Part shown: piece by piece, positions 16,664-25,676 of the stretch
How the letters are laid out: every line of letters begins with the position of its first letter
Numbering within the stretch: position 1 is the stretch's first letter
From: a virus
Lineage: Duplodnaviria; Caudoviricetes
Reading direction: 5' to 3' (one strand)
DNA: 29,341 bases
IMG/VR virus record: IMGVR_UViG_3300000868_000018
Coordinates: 1-29,341 of that record
The notes under the pieces: model-generated
The model's database searches: none
Told to the model about the DNA's origin: nothing
The model's input: only the letters and a program-made list of their open reading frames with translations
Position numbers and translations under genes: made by a program

Positions 16664-17199
16664 TGCCGCTGCGCACTGACACCTACGATCTCGACGCAGA
16701 GGCCGACCGGCTCGAAACCCGCCTCGATGAGCTCGCCGACGAGATCGTCCAGCTCGCCGACGACGACCCGCGCAAACAGGAACTGGTCGCCGAGGGCCAG
16801 CAGTTGGACGCTCAACTCGAGGGCGTCCGCTGGGCGCAGACCGCCCACACCGACGACGCAGTCCCGGCCTGGGATCGGGACGCCGAGACAGTCACGCTCG
16901 GCGGCCTGACTGGCGGGGAGTTCGGGCGCGTCGAGGACACGGTCACTGACGACGACGTCGGGGCCGGCGGGACACGCGTCTATCTCGTCGAGGCCGGGAC
17001 TGTCGAGGCACCGTATCTCGATGACGGGATGGCCGAGCCCGACCGAATCGCGGCGGTGGCCTCGCTGCCACTGCCGTATCTCAAGTGGGCCGAAGCCCAG
17101 GTCAACGCACTCACCGGAGTCAGCGACGAGGGAAACGACGAGCCGCGCTTCGGCGATATGCTCGCGGCCAAGCGGGCGACGACGTCGACCGACGAGTAG
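16663..17199 (+). CDS. Tail assembly chaperone (lambda gpG equivalent)
   Basis: Between tube and TMP; in-frame slippery site near 3' end. Confidence 0.8.
   Translation: MPLRTDTYDLDAEADRLETRLDELADEIVQLADDDPRKQELVAEGQQLDAQLEGVRWAQTAHTDDAVPAWDRDAETVTLGGLTGGEFGRVEDTVTDDDVGAGGTRVYLVEAGTVEAPYLDDGMAEPDRIAAVASLPLPYLKWAEAQVNALTGVSDEGNDEPRFGDMLAAKRATTSTDE
17130..17136 (+). other. -1 programmed frameshift site G GGA AAC
   Basis: X XXY YYZ in correct phase; -1 frame open to 17345; stem GCCGCG/CGCGGC begins 5 nt downstream. Confidence 0.85.
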
Positions 17200-17345
17200 T
17201 CTATCGGTACGCCCGGGCGATGTACATCGATCGTGGGGGCGATCCCCGCGTCTTCGACGAGTTGCCCTGGCAGGACATCGCCGACTGGCTGGCGATCCAC
17301 GACATCCTCGAAGTGCGGTCGTCGCTTGGCGCGATGCCGGACTGA
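17130..17345 (+). CDS. Frameshift extension of tail chaperone (gpT equivalent)
   Basis: -1 frame ORF ...GGDPRVFDELPWQDIADWL, typical gpT-like pattern. Confidence 0.75.
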   Translation, partial: GKRRAALRRYARGQAGDDVDRRVVYRYARAMYIDRGGDPRVFDELPWQDIADWLAIHDILEVRSSLGAMPD

Positions 17346-17386
17346 CTGGGGAAATACTCTTGTCACAGACCGACAACATTCTGAGT

Positions 17387-17938
17387 ATGAGCACCGAGGG
17401 TGAGCAGTGGATCTGCGCCTCGTGTGGCGCTCGCGTCGAGACCGACGACGCACCCTGTCCAAACTGTGCGGGCGAAACATTCGCCAGATTGGAGGACGAC
17501 GAGTATGAAATCGGTCGCATTGAATCAATCACGTGGGTATGCGAGAACTGTGGAGAACCGTCGCAACGGAACGAAACCCCGTGCCGAAACTGTGGGGGGT
17601 TCGATTATCGCAAACAAGTTCACGGAACTCCCTCGGAAAATAAGACCCACTCCGTTGCAGATACAGAGTCACAGTCGCCACAACCAAGGACGATCACGCT
17701 CCGTCTAATAGTGGCCTATTTGTTTGGAGGTTGGGCCGCTCTCTCATTTATAGGCGCGCTCGTTTTCGGCACACTGTTTGCATCGCTATTTTACTTGACC
17801 TCAGCATCCCTCTCCCTTCCAATCAGCCGTCGATGGATTGAACGAGGACTCAACATTCAATTATCCAGTCCTGCAGTTGCCGTGATAGCTGTCACGACGT
17901 TCTTCATAGGCAACGGGGTATTCTTGGCTTCGGTCTGA
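17387..17938 (+). CDS. Double zinc-ribbon membrane protein (moron-like insertion)
   Basis: CASC-CPNC and CENC-CRNC, then about 3 TM helices; lower GC than flanks. Confidence 0.8.
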   Translation: MSTEGEQWICASCGARVETDDAPCPNCAGETFARLEDDEYEIGRIESITWVCENCGEPSQRNETPCRNCGGFDYRKQVHGTPSENKTHSVADTESQSPQPRTITLRLIVAYLFGGWAALSFIGALVFGTLFASLFYLTSASLSLPISRRWIERGLNIQLSSPAVAVIAVTTFFIGNGVFLASV

Positions 17939-17962
17939 CTGATATACAACTTCACCACATCC

Positions 17963-19411
17963 ATGAGCGAATTCAGCACATCCGCCGAGCTTGAGGTACG
18001 GGTCTCTGACTCGTCGCTCCGGGCTGCCAAACAGCAGATCGAAGACGAACTCGGCGCGACCAATGTCAACGCAACAGCATCGAACCAGCTCCGTTCAGAC
18101 GGTGGCGTTTCAAGCGGCCGGGGCGGTATCACTGAGCTCCTCACTGAACAGCAACAGACAAACGCTCACTTCGAGGATAACCTCGGCCTCAATGAGACCC
18201 GCAACGACCTACTCCGCGAACTCGTCGAAAATACTGAGGGTGGGTCGGGCGGCGGCGATGGGCTAAATCTGCGTAACCTGCTCAGAGGTGGTCTTGCTGG
18301 CCTGCTCGGTCTCGGTGGTGTTGCACTCGGCCTATCACAGGTCAACTGGGGCCGACTCATCTCGGACTCTCTCCCCGACCTCGACCCTGGTGATATCATC
18401 GACCCGGTCCAGGTGGGCGTAGGCGATATCATCGCGGCCGGTGCAACGGTTTCTGCGTCGGCACTAATCCTCTCGCGGTTAACTGTCGAGGCAGGACACC
18501 TGATCGCCGAGAGAGCGTCGATCGCGGTCTCTGATCTAATAAGCAACCCAGTCGAAGTCGGTGCTACCGCGCTCCTCGGCGCGCTCATTGCGAACTCGGT
18601 CACGCTGACGGCCCAGCAAATACTTGACCACCTCGTCGAAGGCGGGTCCGGCTCGTCTGATCCGTCGACAGACCCGACAACCGACCCATCCACCGACCCA
18701 TCGTCGGACCCGTCCGGCAACGGCAGCGGATTCTTCGACGATGTCACTGATATCGTCACGGACCCAGCAGTGGCCGCCCCCGCTGCCATCACTGGCGCTG
18801 GTGCGGCCGTCGCCAACTCCGGGATCGTGAGTGCGATCCTCAGTAGCGGGGCCAGCTCGGGCTTCGGCGCAGCCACTGCCGGCTCGATGAGCGTTGCTGG
18901 ACTCGGGCCGGCGGCTGCGGCTCTCGCGACGTTCGGCATCCCGATCGCAACAGCGACGATGACGGGCAAGTATGGGGAGAACGCCACGGTCAACGACTAC
19001 CTTACCGGCAACACAGAGACCCTGCCGACAGGCACCGACACGCCTGGGATCGAGCCGGACGTCACGAGCCCGTTCATGCCGGTCAACTTCGATGAGGGGA
19101 GTAGCAACCTCAACCCGTATGCTGACTACGATGTCGGCAACGTCTACGGAACCGATATGAGTGACGCGGAGTGGCAGGAGATGATGCAACAGGTCGACGC
19201 GATCGAGTCCTCGACGCAAAGCGGTGGTGGCAACAACTCATCGACCACCGTGGACGCGACGATCGAGACTGTCGACGTCTCGGTCGAAGACGCAACCCGC
19301 GAGCAGATCACCCAGCGCACGGTCGAGGAGATTCGTCGCGAACTGATGCGCCAGCTCCCTGATGACATCAGTAACATCCAACAGCGTCGCTTCGACAGTC
19401 TGTTTCCCTGA
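17963..19411 (+). CDS. Tape measure protein (short, 482 aa)
   Basis: Position; N-terminal strand then helix; Ala/Gly-rich hydrophobic segments; 11-12 aa periodicity. Confidence 0.75.
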   Translation: MSEFSTSAELEVRVSDSSLRAAKQQIEDELGATNVNATASNQLRSDGGVSSGRGGITELLTEQQQTNAHFEDNLGLNETRNDLLRELVENTEGGSGGGDGLNLRNLLRGGLAGLLGLGGVALGLSQVNWGRLISDSLPDLDPGDIIDPVQVGVGDIIAAGATVSASALILSRLTVEAGHLIAERASIAVSDLISNPVEVGATALLGALIANSVTLTAQQILDHLVEGGSGSSDPSTDPTTDPSTDPSSDPSGNGSGFFDDVTDIVTDPAVAAPAAITGAGAAVANSGIVSAILSSGASSGFGAATAGSMSVAGLGPAAAALATFGIPIATATMTGKYGENATVNDYLTGNTETLPTGTDTPGIEPDVTSPFMPVNFDEGSSNLNPYADYDVGNVYGTDMSDAEWQEMMQQVDAIESSTQSGGGNNSSTTVDATIETVDVSVEDATREQITQRTVEEIRRELMRQLPDDISNIQQRRFDSLFP

Positions 19412-19413
19412 TC

Positions 19414-20820
19414 ATGACAACTGTCACTATTGCCGGGCAGCCGATCGGCGCCGTCGTCGACGTCGAGCGCTCCCATCGCTCGTCGGACGCGCTCGGGCGG
19501 GCAACGATCACGACGCTGGCCGATGTCCGCGACCAGGTCAGCGCCGGCAACAACGTCGCGATCGACCGCGGCGACGAGACGTGGCGTGGGTACGTCACGG
19601 CCATCCGCACCGGCGAGTCAAGCCAGCGCCTGCTGATCGACGCGCTGGAAACGCGCCTTGAGCTCAAGCATCGCGATCTCCACCAGGTCTTCTACGACGT
19701 CCGCTCCTCGCGAGCCGTCGAACTCGCGGCGACGACCCAGGCCCAGGCGCTGGACAAGACCGAGATCCACACTGGCGACAATCTGACTGAGTGGACGTCC
19801 AACGCCCCGGTCTTTCAGCTCTACAACGGCACCCGAGCCGGATTGTACAACTGGGGCACGGACCTCGTCGTCGTCGGCGCGCGTCAGGGGCATACGACCG
19901 CGCTGACGGCCACGTATCACGACGTCACCGCGGCCGCCATCGAGGACGGTATCTTCGAGCTCTCGACTCGCGTGCTCGTCAACGACCGCGGTGCCGGCTG
20001 GGACACCGAGGTCGAACTCGTCACGCCGGACGGCACGACCTACGTCTGGACGCCCGAGACGCCGACCAGCGGCTTCGAGGACCTCACACTCCGCGCCGAA
20101 GACGCCGATCCCGACGCGGGGCAACTCGATGCAACGGGCGCGCTGCAGTATCGGTTTCTCCCCCGCGCCCAGCTCGCGAACAACACGGCGATCCTGATCG
20201 ATAACGCCCACACCAAGCCGTTCCGCCGCTCCGATCGGCCGACCGCCCTCTCGACCGAGGGCGTCCAGCAGACTGACCGGCGGATCACCCGCCGCGTGGA
20301 CGTCAGCGCCGGCCGGTTCATCCAGGATCTCGCCATCGAAGACCAGTACGAGGTCTGGGCCGACGGCAATGTCCTCCACTACGAGCCCGACAACGGCGCG
20401 CCACCGCTCGAGATCAGCCCGTCGACGACGCCAGTCGTCTCGATTGACGACGAACGCGACTACGAGAGCATCCGCAACATCGTCACAGTCCAGGGCGCCG
20501 ACGACATCGAAGTCACCCGCAAAGACCAGGGCTCGATCGCCTTCTACGGCCCCAACCCCCGCCCGGAAGTCCTCGTCGACAAGTCGATCCAGAGCGAAGA
20601 CGAGGCCGCCGCCCGCGCTGAGGGCTATCTCGCCGATCACGCCCGGGATGACGCCACGGTCAGCTTCGAGATTCTTGACAACTCGTACGCTGACCTCCAG
20701 GCCGAAGACCAGCTCCCGGTTGACTGGCCGGCGATCAACCTCTCGGGGACGGTCTCGGTCGCCGATGTCACGACACAGGGCCCGCGCACGACCGTCACGA
20801 TCACCGCCACTTCACTCTGA
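19414..20820 (+). CDS. Tail tip/baseplate hub protein
   Basis: Follows TMP; WRGYVT, IRNIVTVQG, DQGSIAFYG, IQSEDEAAARAEGYL hub-type motifs. Confidence 0.75.
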   Translation: MTTVTIAGQPIGAVVDVERSHRSSDALGRATITTLADVRDQVSAGNNVAIDRGDETWRGYVTAIRTGESSQRLLIDALETRLELKHRDLHQVFYDVRSSRAVELAATTQAQALDKTEIHTGDNLTEWTSNAPVFQLYNGTRAGLYNWGTDLVVVGARQGHTTALTATYHDVTAAAIEDGIFELSTRVLVNDRGAGWDTEVELVTPDGTTYVWTPETPTSGFEDLTLRAEDADPDAGQLDATGALQYRFLPRAQLANNTAILIDNAHTKPFRRSDRPTALSTEGVQQTDRRITRRVDVSAGRFIQDLAIEDQYEVWADGNVLHYEPDNGAPPLEISPSTTPVVSIDDERDYESIRNIVTVQGADDIEVTRKDQGSIAFYGPNPRPEVLVDKSIQSEDEAAARAEGYLADHARDDATVSFEILDNSYADLQAEDQLPVDWPAINLSGTVSVADVTTQGPRTTVTITATSL

Positions 20821-20822
20821 CC

Positions 20823-22178
20823 ATGCCGACTGACCTCGATCCCAAGACCGTCGAAGTATGGGCCGGGCTGCGCGAGCAGACCTCGCGCGAGTCTGTCCTC
20901 CAGGACGAGATCGATAGCCTGCGGGCCGCGCTGTCGGGCTATGACGGCTATCGGGACTTCCTGCGCTCGCAGGCCGGCTTCGCGGACTACGAGGACAACC
21001 TGACCGCCTGGAGTAGCGACATCGCCGAGATCGCCAGCGACGACGTCACCGAGACGGTCGCGTTCCTCGGGGGGCTCTTCGCCGACTTCGACACCTTCCG
21101 TGGCGACGACTCGAGTGGCGCGCTCGCCCAGCCGACCTACGACGACTATCGGTCGTTCTTGCTGGACAACGGCGCGGCGGCCGTCGATGCTGACCGCCAC
21201 ATCCAACTGCTCAAGTTGGCGTTTGATCCGGATACAGCGCTGGCGGCCGACGTCGGCGCGACGACCGACTGGGACGGGCTGGAGCAGACGCTCGTCGACA
21301 ACGGTGTCGCCAGTGACTCGGCGGCGGCGACCGTCGACGCACTCCGGTCGGTCTTCGCGACGGTCAGTGCGTTCGACCGGCAGATTCTCGCCAGTGGGTC
21401 GTGGACCGAGGTCGAGACATACCTGACCGACAACGGCCTCGATAGCACGACCGCCAGTGACGCCGTCGCGGATCTCAAGACGGCCTACGGGTCGACGCTG
21501 GATACCGCGGTCAAAGACCAGGTCGCGACGATCGACAGCTACGACGACCTCGAGCAGTACCTCCTCGACCAGGGACTCAGCCAGGAGCGGGCCTCGACGG
21601 TCGTCGGGAAGGTCCAGCGCGTCTACGACTCGTTTGGGGCGTTCCGGACGGCCATCCTCTCCTCGCGAACCCCACTCTCGGACCTACTCAGCACGGTCGA
21701 GCAGGCCGACGACGTCGGCGACCAGTCGGCTGGCCTCAAGATCTTCGAGACGGCTGGCGAGACGATCAACGGCGTCGATGCGCCGGCGGGGGCGGTGTCG
21801 ATCCGCGGGACTGAGGTCCACTTCAGCCAGCTCGAGACGGCGGACGCGTCGGAAGCGACTGCTGGGGACGTGACTTACTCCGATCTCACCGTCGACACGC
21901 CGAGTGGCTCGCTCTCGACGAGTACCAGTGGCACCATCACTGTCAGCGCGACGCTCGAGAACACCAACACGAGTGCCGATGTCGTCGGGCTGACTGTCCC
22001 GTTGCTCGTCAACGGTGCTGGGAGTCGGGCCAAGACCGTCGATATCCCGGCCGGCCAGACGACGACGGTCGCGTTTACGTTCGCGGCTGACTTGCTCGGC
22101 CTCGGCGAGTACGTCCTGCAGATCGGCGATTCGGGGACGGCCACGGTGGTCGTGACCGCCAGCGGTATCTTTGGGTGA
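20823..22178 (+). CDS. Tail-associated protein with helical repeats and C-terminal Ig/CARDB-like domain
   Basis: Repeats (Y/F)LxDNG; ITVSATLENT...VDIPAGQTTTVAF. Confidence 0.65.
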   Translation: MPTDLDPKTVEVWAGLREQTSRESVLQDEIDSLRAALSGYDGYRDFLRSQAGFADYEDNLTAWSSDIAEIASDDVTETVAFLGGLFADFDTFRGDDSSGALAQPTYDDYRSFLLDNGAAAVDADRHIQLLKLAFDPDTALAADVGATTDWDGLEQTLVDNGVASDSAAATVDALRSVFATVSAFDRQILASGSWTEVETYLTDNGLDSTTASDAVADLKTAYGSTLDTAVKDQVATIDSYDDLEQYLLDQGLSQERASTVVGKVQRVYDSFGAFRTAILSSRTPLSDLLSTVEQADDVGDQSAGLKIFETAGETINGVDAPAGAVSIRGTEVHFSQLETADASEATAGDVTYSDLTVDTPSGSLSTSTSGTITVSATLENTNTSADVVGLTVPLLVNGAGSRAKTVDIPAGQTTTVAFTFAADLLGLGEYVLQIGDSGTATVVVTASGIFG

Positions 22179-22184
22179 TCAATC

Positions 22185-23147
22185 GTGGGCATCGAGCAAG
22201 AGATCTCACAGAACCGCCGCCAGACGACCCGCCTCGAGAGCTATCAGCGCGAGGTCGCACCCCAGCAGACGATCGGCCTCGGCGCGCCCGCTGGCCAGAT
22301 CTCGGTCGACGTTGCGGCCACGTTGTATGAGCGCCCACTGGGCCAGAGTCTCATCTCCGGCCACCCCGAGCCCGAGCACGGCAGCGGCCGCGGGATCAGC
22401 GGCGACGATCGTGGCGCGTGGACCGAGATCGCCTCGACGGCCGATGGCTCGTTCGTCGACGACGGGCGGGCCGCCCTGGCCGCGGCGCTGGCCGGCGCGC
22501 GGCGCGGGATCGACACGGCGGCGGTCGGGAGTGACGACACGGCTGCCTCAGGGGCCGACACGGGGCTGCGCACGCCGGAGCCGCCGGTCCACGCCTGGCA
22601 CGGCACGCCCGATAGCCAGACGCTGACAGCGACCGCCGAGTGGCGCTTCAGCGACGTCCGCGAGACAATCCGGGAGTTGGGCGTCTACGACGACGAGGCC
22701 GACTTGCTGGCCCGGCTGACGACCGCCGACGTCACGCTTGACGATCGGTCGGAGCTCCGGGCCGAACTCGAGCTGACTTACAGCCACACCGCCAGCGGTC
22801 AGGCCGCGGTCACGACGATGGCGACGATCGCTCACGCGCTGGCGACGCCGGCCGAGGCGGTCGGGATCAACGAGATCGCGCTCGGGACCGACGACACGGC
22901 ACCGGGTACTGGCGACACGGCGCTGGGGAACGCGGTCGTCACCAAGACGGCTGCGGCGGATGTCCAGCGCTCATCGGTCGCCCCCTGGACGCTCGTCACT
23001 CGCAGCGAGCCCGACACCCAGCCCCACGAGATCGTCGAACTCGGGGCGATCGACCAAGACGGCGACCTCGTCTGGCGGGTCGTGTTCGGCGCCGAGACCA
23101 AAGACGATCGAGTCCGCCTGCGACCGCGGTCGCCGCTACAGTTTTAA
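22185..23147 (+). CDS. Tail fibre attachment/collar-like protein with tandem duplicated domain
   Basis: Two copies of (I/A)A(L/V)G.DDTA...DT.L ... I.ELG..D..(G/A)DL. Confidence 0.65.
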   Translation: MGIEQEISQNRRQTTRLESYQREVAPQQTIGLGAPAGQISVDVAATLYERPLGQSLISGHPEPEHGSGRGISGDDRGAWTEIASTADGSFVDDGRAALAAALAGARRGIDTAAVGSDDTAASGADTGLRTPEPPVHAWHGTPDSQTLTATAEWRFSDVRETIRELGVYDDEADLLARLTTADVTLDDRSELRAELELTYSHTASGQAAVTTMATIAHALATPAEAVGINEIALGTDDTAPGTGDTALGNAVVTKTAAADVQRSSVAPWTLVTRSEPDTQPHEIVELGAIDQDGDLVWRVVFGAETKDDRVRLRPRSPLQF

Positions 23148-23156
23148 CAGATACCT

Positions 23157-24626
23157 ATGCCAACAGCACCACAACTCGACTGGCCCCAGGGCCAGCCACT
23201 GTTTGAGGTACAGCTCCGCGCCGTCGCCGAAGGGCTCGCCGGCAACGGCGTCGTCAACGCCGGCGACCTTGAGGTCACCGCGACCGCGACCGACCTGGAG
23301 ATCCAGGTCGCGGCCGGCACCGCCTACTACGACGCCAGCGAGGTCGCACTGTCGGCCGCCGAGACGCACGTCTTGTCGGGTGGCGACGCTGACTACGACC
23401 GCTGGGACACGGTCGTCTTCGACGCTGACACGGGCTCGAGCGCCGTCCGCGAGGGAACAGCCGAGCAGTACCCCACACCGCCAGACATCTCTGGCGACGA
23501 GTTGCTGCTCGCGATCGTCTACGTCCCCAGCGGCGCGACTGACGTCAGCGACTCGGAGATCCTCGACTGGCGGGCGCAGTTTAGCAACGAAGCCGAGCAG
23601 ACTCACTACGACGATACGACCGGCACGTACGGCGTGGCCACCGTCGACGCCGCGCTCGACGAGCTCCAGGAGGCCGCGCAGGCACAGAACTATCCACTCC
23701 TGATCGGGGCGGATGTCGCCCCACACCTCGCGGGGAACGATCTGCTGGATGCGGACAGCGGACAGACGATCTACGACCAGTCGGCGGGCGTCGTCCCGCG
23801 AGAGCACGTCGACGACGAACGTACTCTGACTGGTCCAGTCACGAGCAACACCACGACCAGCGGCGAGGAGGTCGTGCTGGTCGACACCTCGAGTGGTGCC
23901 GTGACGATCACCCTGGCCAGTGCCGATCTCGCTGCTAATGGGGAGTCGATGAATGTCGTGACGATCGTCGATGTCGGCGGCGCTGCGGAAACGAACCCCA
24001 TCACTGTCGACACTGAGAGTGGCGAGGGAATCGACGGCGGCACGACCGAAACCGTCGAGACGAACTACGGCGCGACCGTCCTGGCCGCCGACGATACGCA
24101 GTGGTACACTGCGGGCGGCGGTGGCGGCGGTGCCGCGCTGGTCGTCCAGGACGACGGCAGCGTCGTCGAAGATCCCGTCGAGACGCTGGACGCACAAGCA
24201 GGGCTCGGGGCCACCAGTCCCGGCACTGGCGAGGTCGAGCTGGCCTACGAGCATCAGGCGGTGTTTGAGGGTCGCGAATCTGGGAGCGTCTCGGATACGA
24301 ATCAGGGGATCCTCGTCATCGACAGTCTCGCAGACGGGGAGACAGTCGAGATCTACAAGGCCGCCCTGACGAACGCAGACGGCTCGGCGGTCGCGTCCGG
24401 CGTGGATCTGGAGCTCGTCACGCTGGATAACAGTGGTGGGTTTACCAGCCAGGCAACACTCCTCTCGGGCGACGGCAGCACGATCTTCGACAGTGAGACC
24501 GGGTCTCCGCTTGGATCCTACACCAATTCCAGTGGGGGTGCGCAGACGATTGCTGTGTTGGTAGATAACCAGTCAGAGGCGAGCGTGACGATTATGGCAC
24601 TTGTCGAGGGGGTGACTGGCGCGTGA
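23157..24626 (+). CDS. Tail fibre protein
   Basis: IQVAAGTAY, RWDTVV, LLLAIVYVP N-terminal module; VDTSSGAVTITL...QWY gp9/gp10-like module. Confidence 0.75.
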   Translation: MPTAPQLDWPQGQPLFEVQLRAVAEGLAGNGVVNAGDLEVTATATDLEIQVAAGTAYYDASEVALSAAETHVLSGGDADYDRWDTVVFDADTGSSAVREGTAEQYPTPPDISGDELLLAIVYVPSGATDVSDSEILDWRAQFSNEAEQTHYDDTTGTYGVATVDAALDELQEAAQAQNYPLLIGADVAPHLAGNDLLDADSGQTIYDQSAGVVPREHVDDERTLTGPVTSNTTTSGEEVVLVDTSSGAVTITLASADLAANGESMNVVTIVDVGGAAETNPITVDTESGEGIDGGTTETVETNYGATVLAADDTQWYTAGGGGGGAALVVQDDGSVVEDPVETLDAQAGLGATSPGTGEVELAYEHQAVFEGRESGSVSDTNQGILVIDSLADGETVEIYKAALTNADGSAVASGVDLELVTLDNSGGFTSQATLLSGDGSTIFDSETGSPLGSYTNSSGGAQTIAVLVDNQSEASVTIMALVEGVTGA

Positions 24627-25273
24627 CGCTCGAGCCAATCGGCGACATCGCAACCGTGTCGCTGTCGGAGGGGGCTGCAATACCCGACAGCGTAATCGAC
24701 CATTTCGAGGAATCGCTGTATGAAGACCAAAATCTCACACTTAGTGACCGATATACTGGGAATGTGTCGGCCTTTTCACGACAGAAGACGACTGTTAAAG
24801 AAGGATCATACGCTCTTGGAACCCCTGACGATACTAATAAATACGTGATTGTAGGTACAGACACCTATGGGCAATTTGACCAAGGCGAGACAGTCCGTTG
24901 GAACGTCTATATTCCGGGGGGAGGGGGCACAAGAAACGGGCTTATATTCGGTGCCCAAGATACAAACAATTACTATACAAATCACACAGGCACTTACACG
25001 GATAAAATTGCCATCAGGAAAGTAGTGTCAGGTGAAATCACGAATATTACCGAAGTAGATGTTACTGTACCCTCTGGAGAGTGGTTGGAGGGACAGACTG
25101 AATGGTCAACATCTGGTGATATTACATTCACCTTGTTCGATTCATCTGGCTCTGAACTCGCACAAACGTCTACAACTGACACAACGTTCTCTGACGGCGA
25201 GATCGGATGGCATAGAAATTCCCGCTTTGACCAATCGGAAACGGCGTATTTCGACGACTTGAGAAAGGTGTGA
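24623..25273 (+). CDS. Lectin-like beta-sandwich, putative receptor-binding protein
   Basis: IDHFE...GSYAL...GEW...ITFTLFD...DTTFSDGEIGW...YFDDLR; AT-richer DNA. Confidence 0.65.
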   Translation: MTLEPIGDIATVSLSEGAAIPDSVIDHFEESLYEDQNLTLSDRYTGNVSAFSRQKTTVKEGSYALGTPDDTNKYVIVGTDTYGQFDQGETVRWNVYIPGGGGTRNGLIFGAQDTNNYYTNHTGTYTDKIAIRKVVSGEITNITEVDVTVPSGEWLEGQTEWSTSGDITFTLFDSSGSELAQTSTTDTTFSDGEIGWHRNSRFDQSETAYFDDLRKV

Positions 25274-25305
25274 GACTCGGTGTCCGCATCTATCATACCA
25301 CAACA

Positions 25306-25674
25306 ATGACAGTCCATATGGTTCGCGTGATGATCGAACCGCCGAAGGGCAACGCCGAAAGTGCCGTCGACAACTGGGTCCAGAACTACACCGAATGGGC
25401 TGGTGATCCAGTCGAACACTCACTGGCCGAGACGACGGCCGGCATCGACGGCACTGGCACGACCTACGTCCGTGGCGACTATCGATTTATCCAAGAGGAG
25501 GCGGTCAGTACGCTGCTCGACGATCTCGAAGCCAGATTACAATCGTTCCAGGGCGGGCTGTGGTACCGGATCGGCTACCACGCCTGCGACCATAACGAGG
25601 ACACCCCTAGTCCGTGTGCGTGGGACGTGACGCGCGAGAACGGGCCCGTCCCAGACGACATCCCGACGTTCTGA
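25306..25674 (+). CDS. Hypothetical protein with HxCxH...C motif
   Basis: YHACDHNEDTPSPCAW; high-GC codon usage. Confidence 0.7.
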   Translation: MTVHMVRVMIEPPKGNAESAVDNWVQNYTEWAGDPVEHSLAETTAGIDGTGTTYVRGDYRFIQEEAVSTLLDDLEARLQSFQGGLWYRIGYHACDHNEDTPSPCAWDVTRENGPVPDDIPTF

Positions 25675-25676
25675 GT

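Noticed and set aside
19618-24254. Long antisense ORFs (19618-20640, 23136-24254; also 9286-10272)
   Set aside because: Shadow frames expected from high-GC codon bias opposite well-supported structural genes
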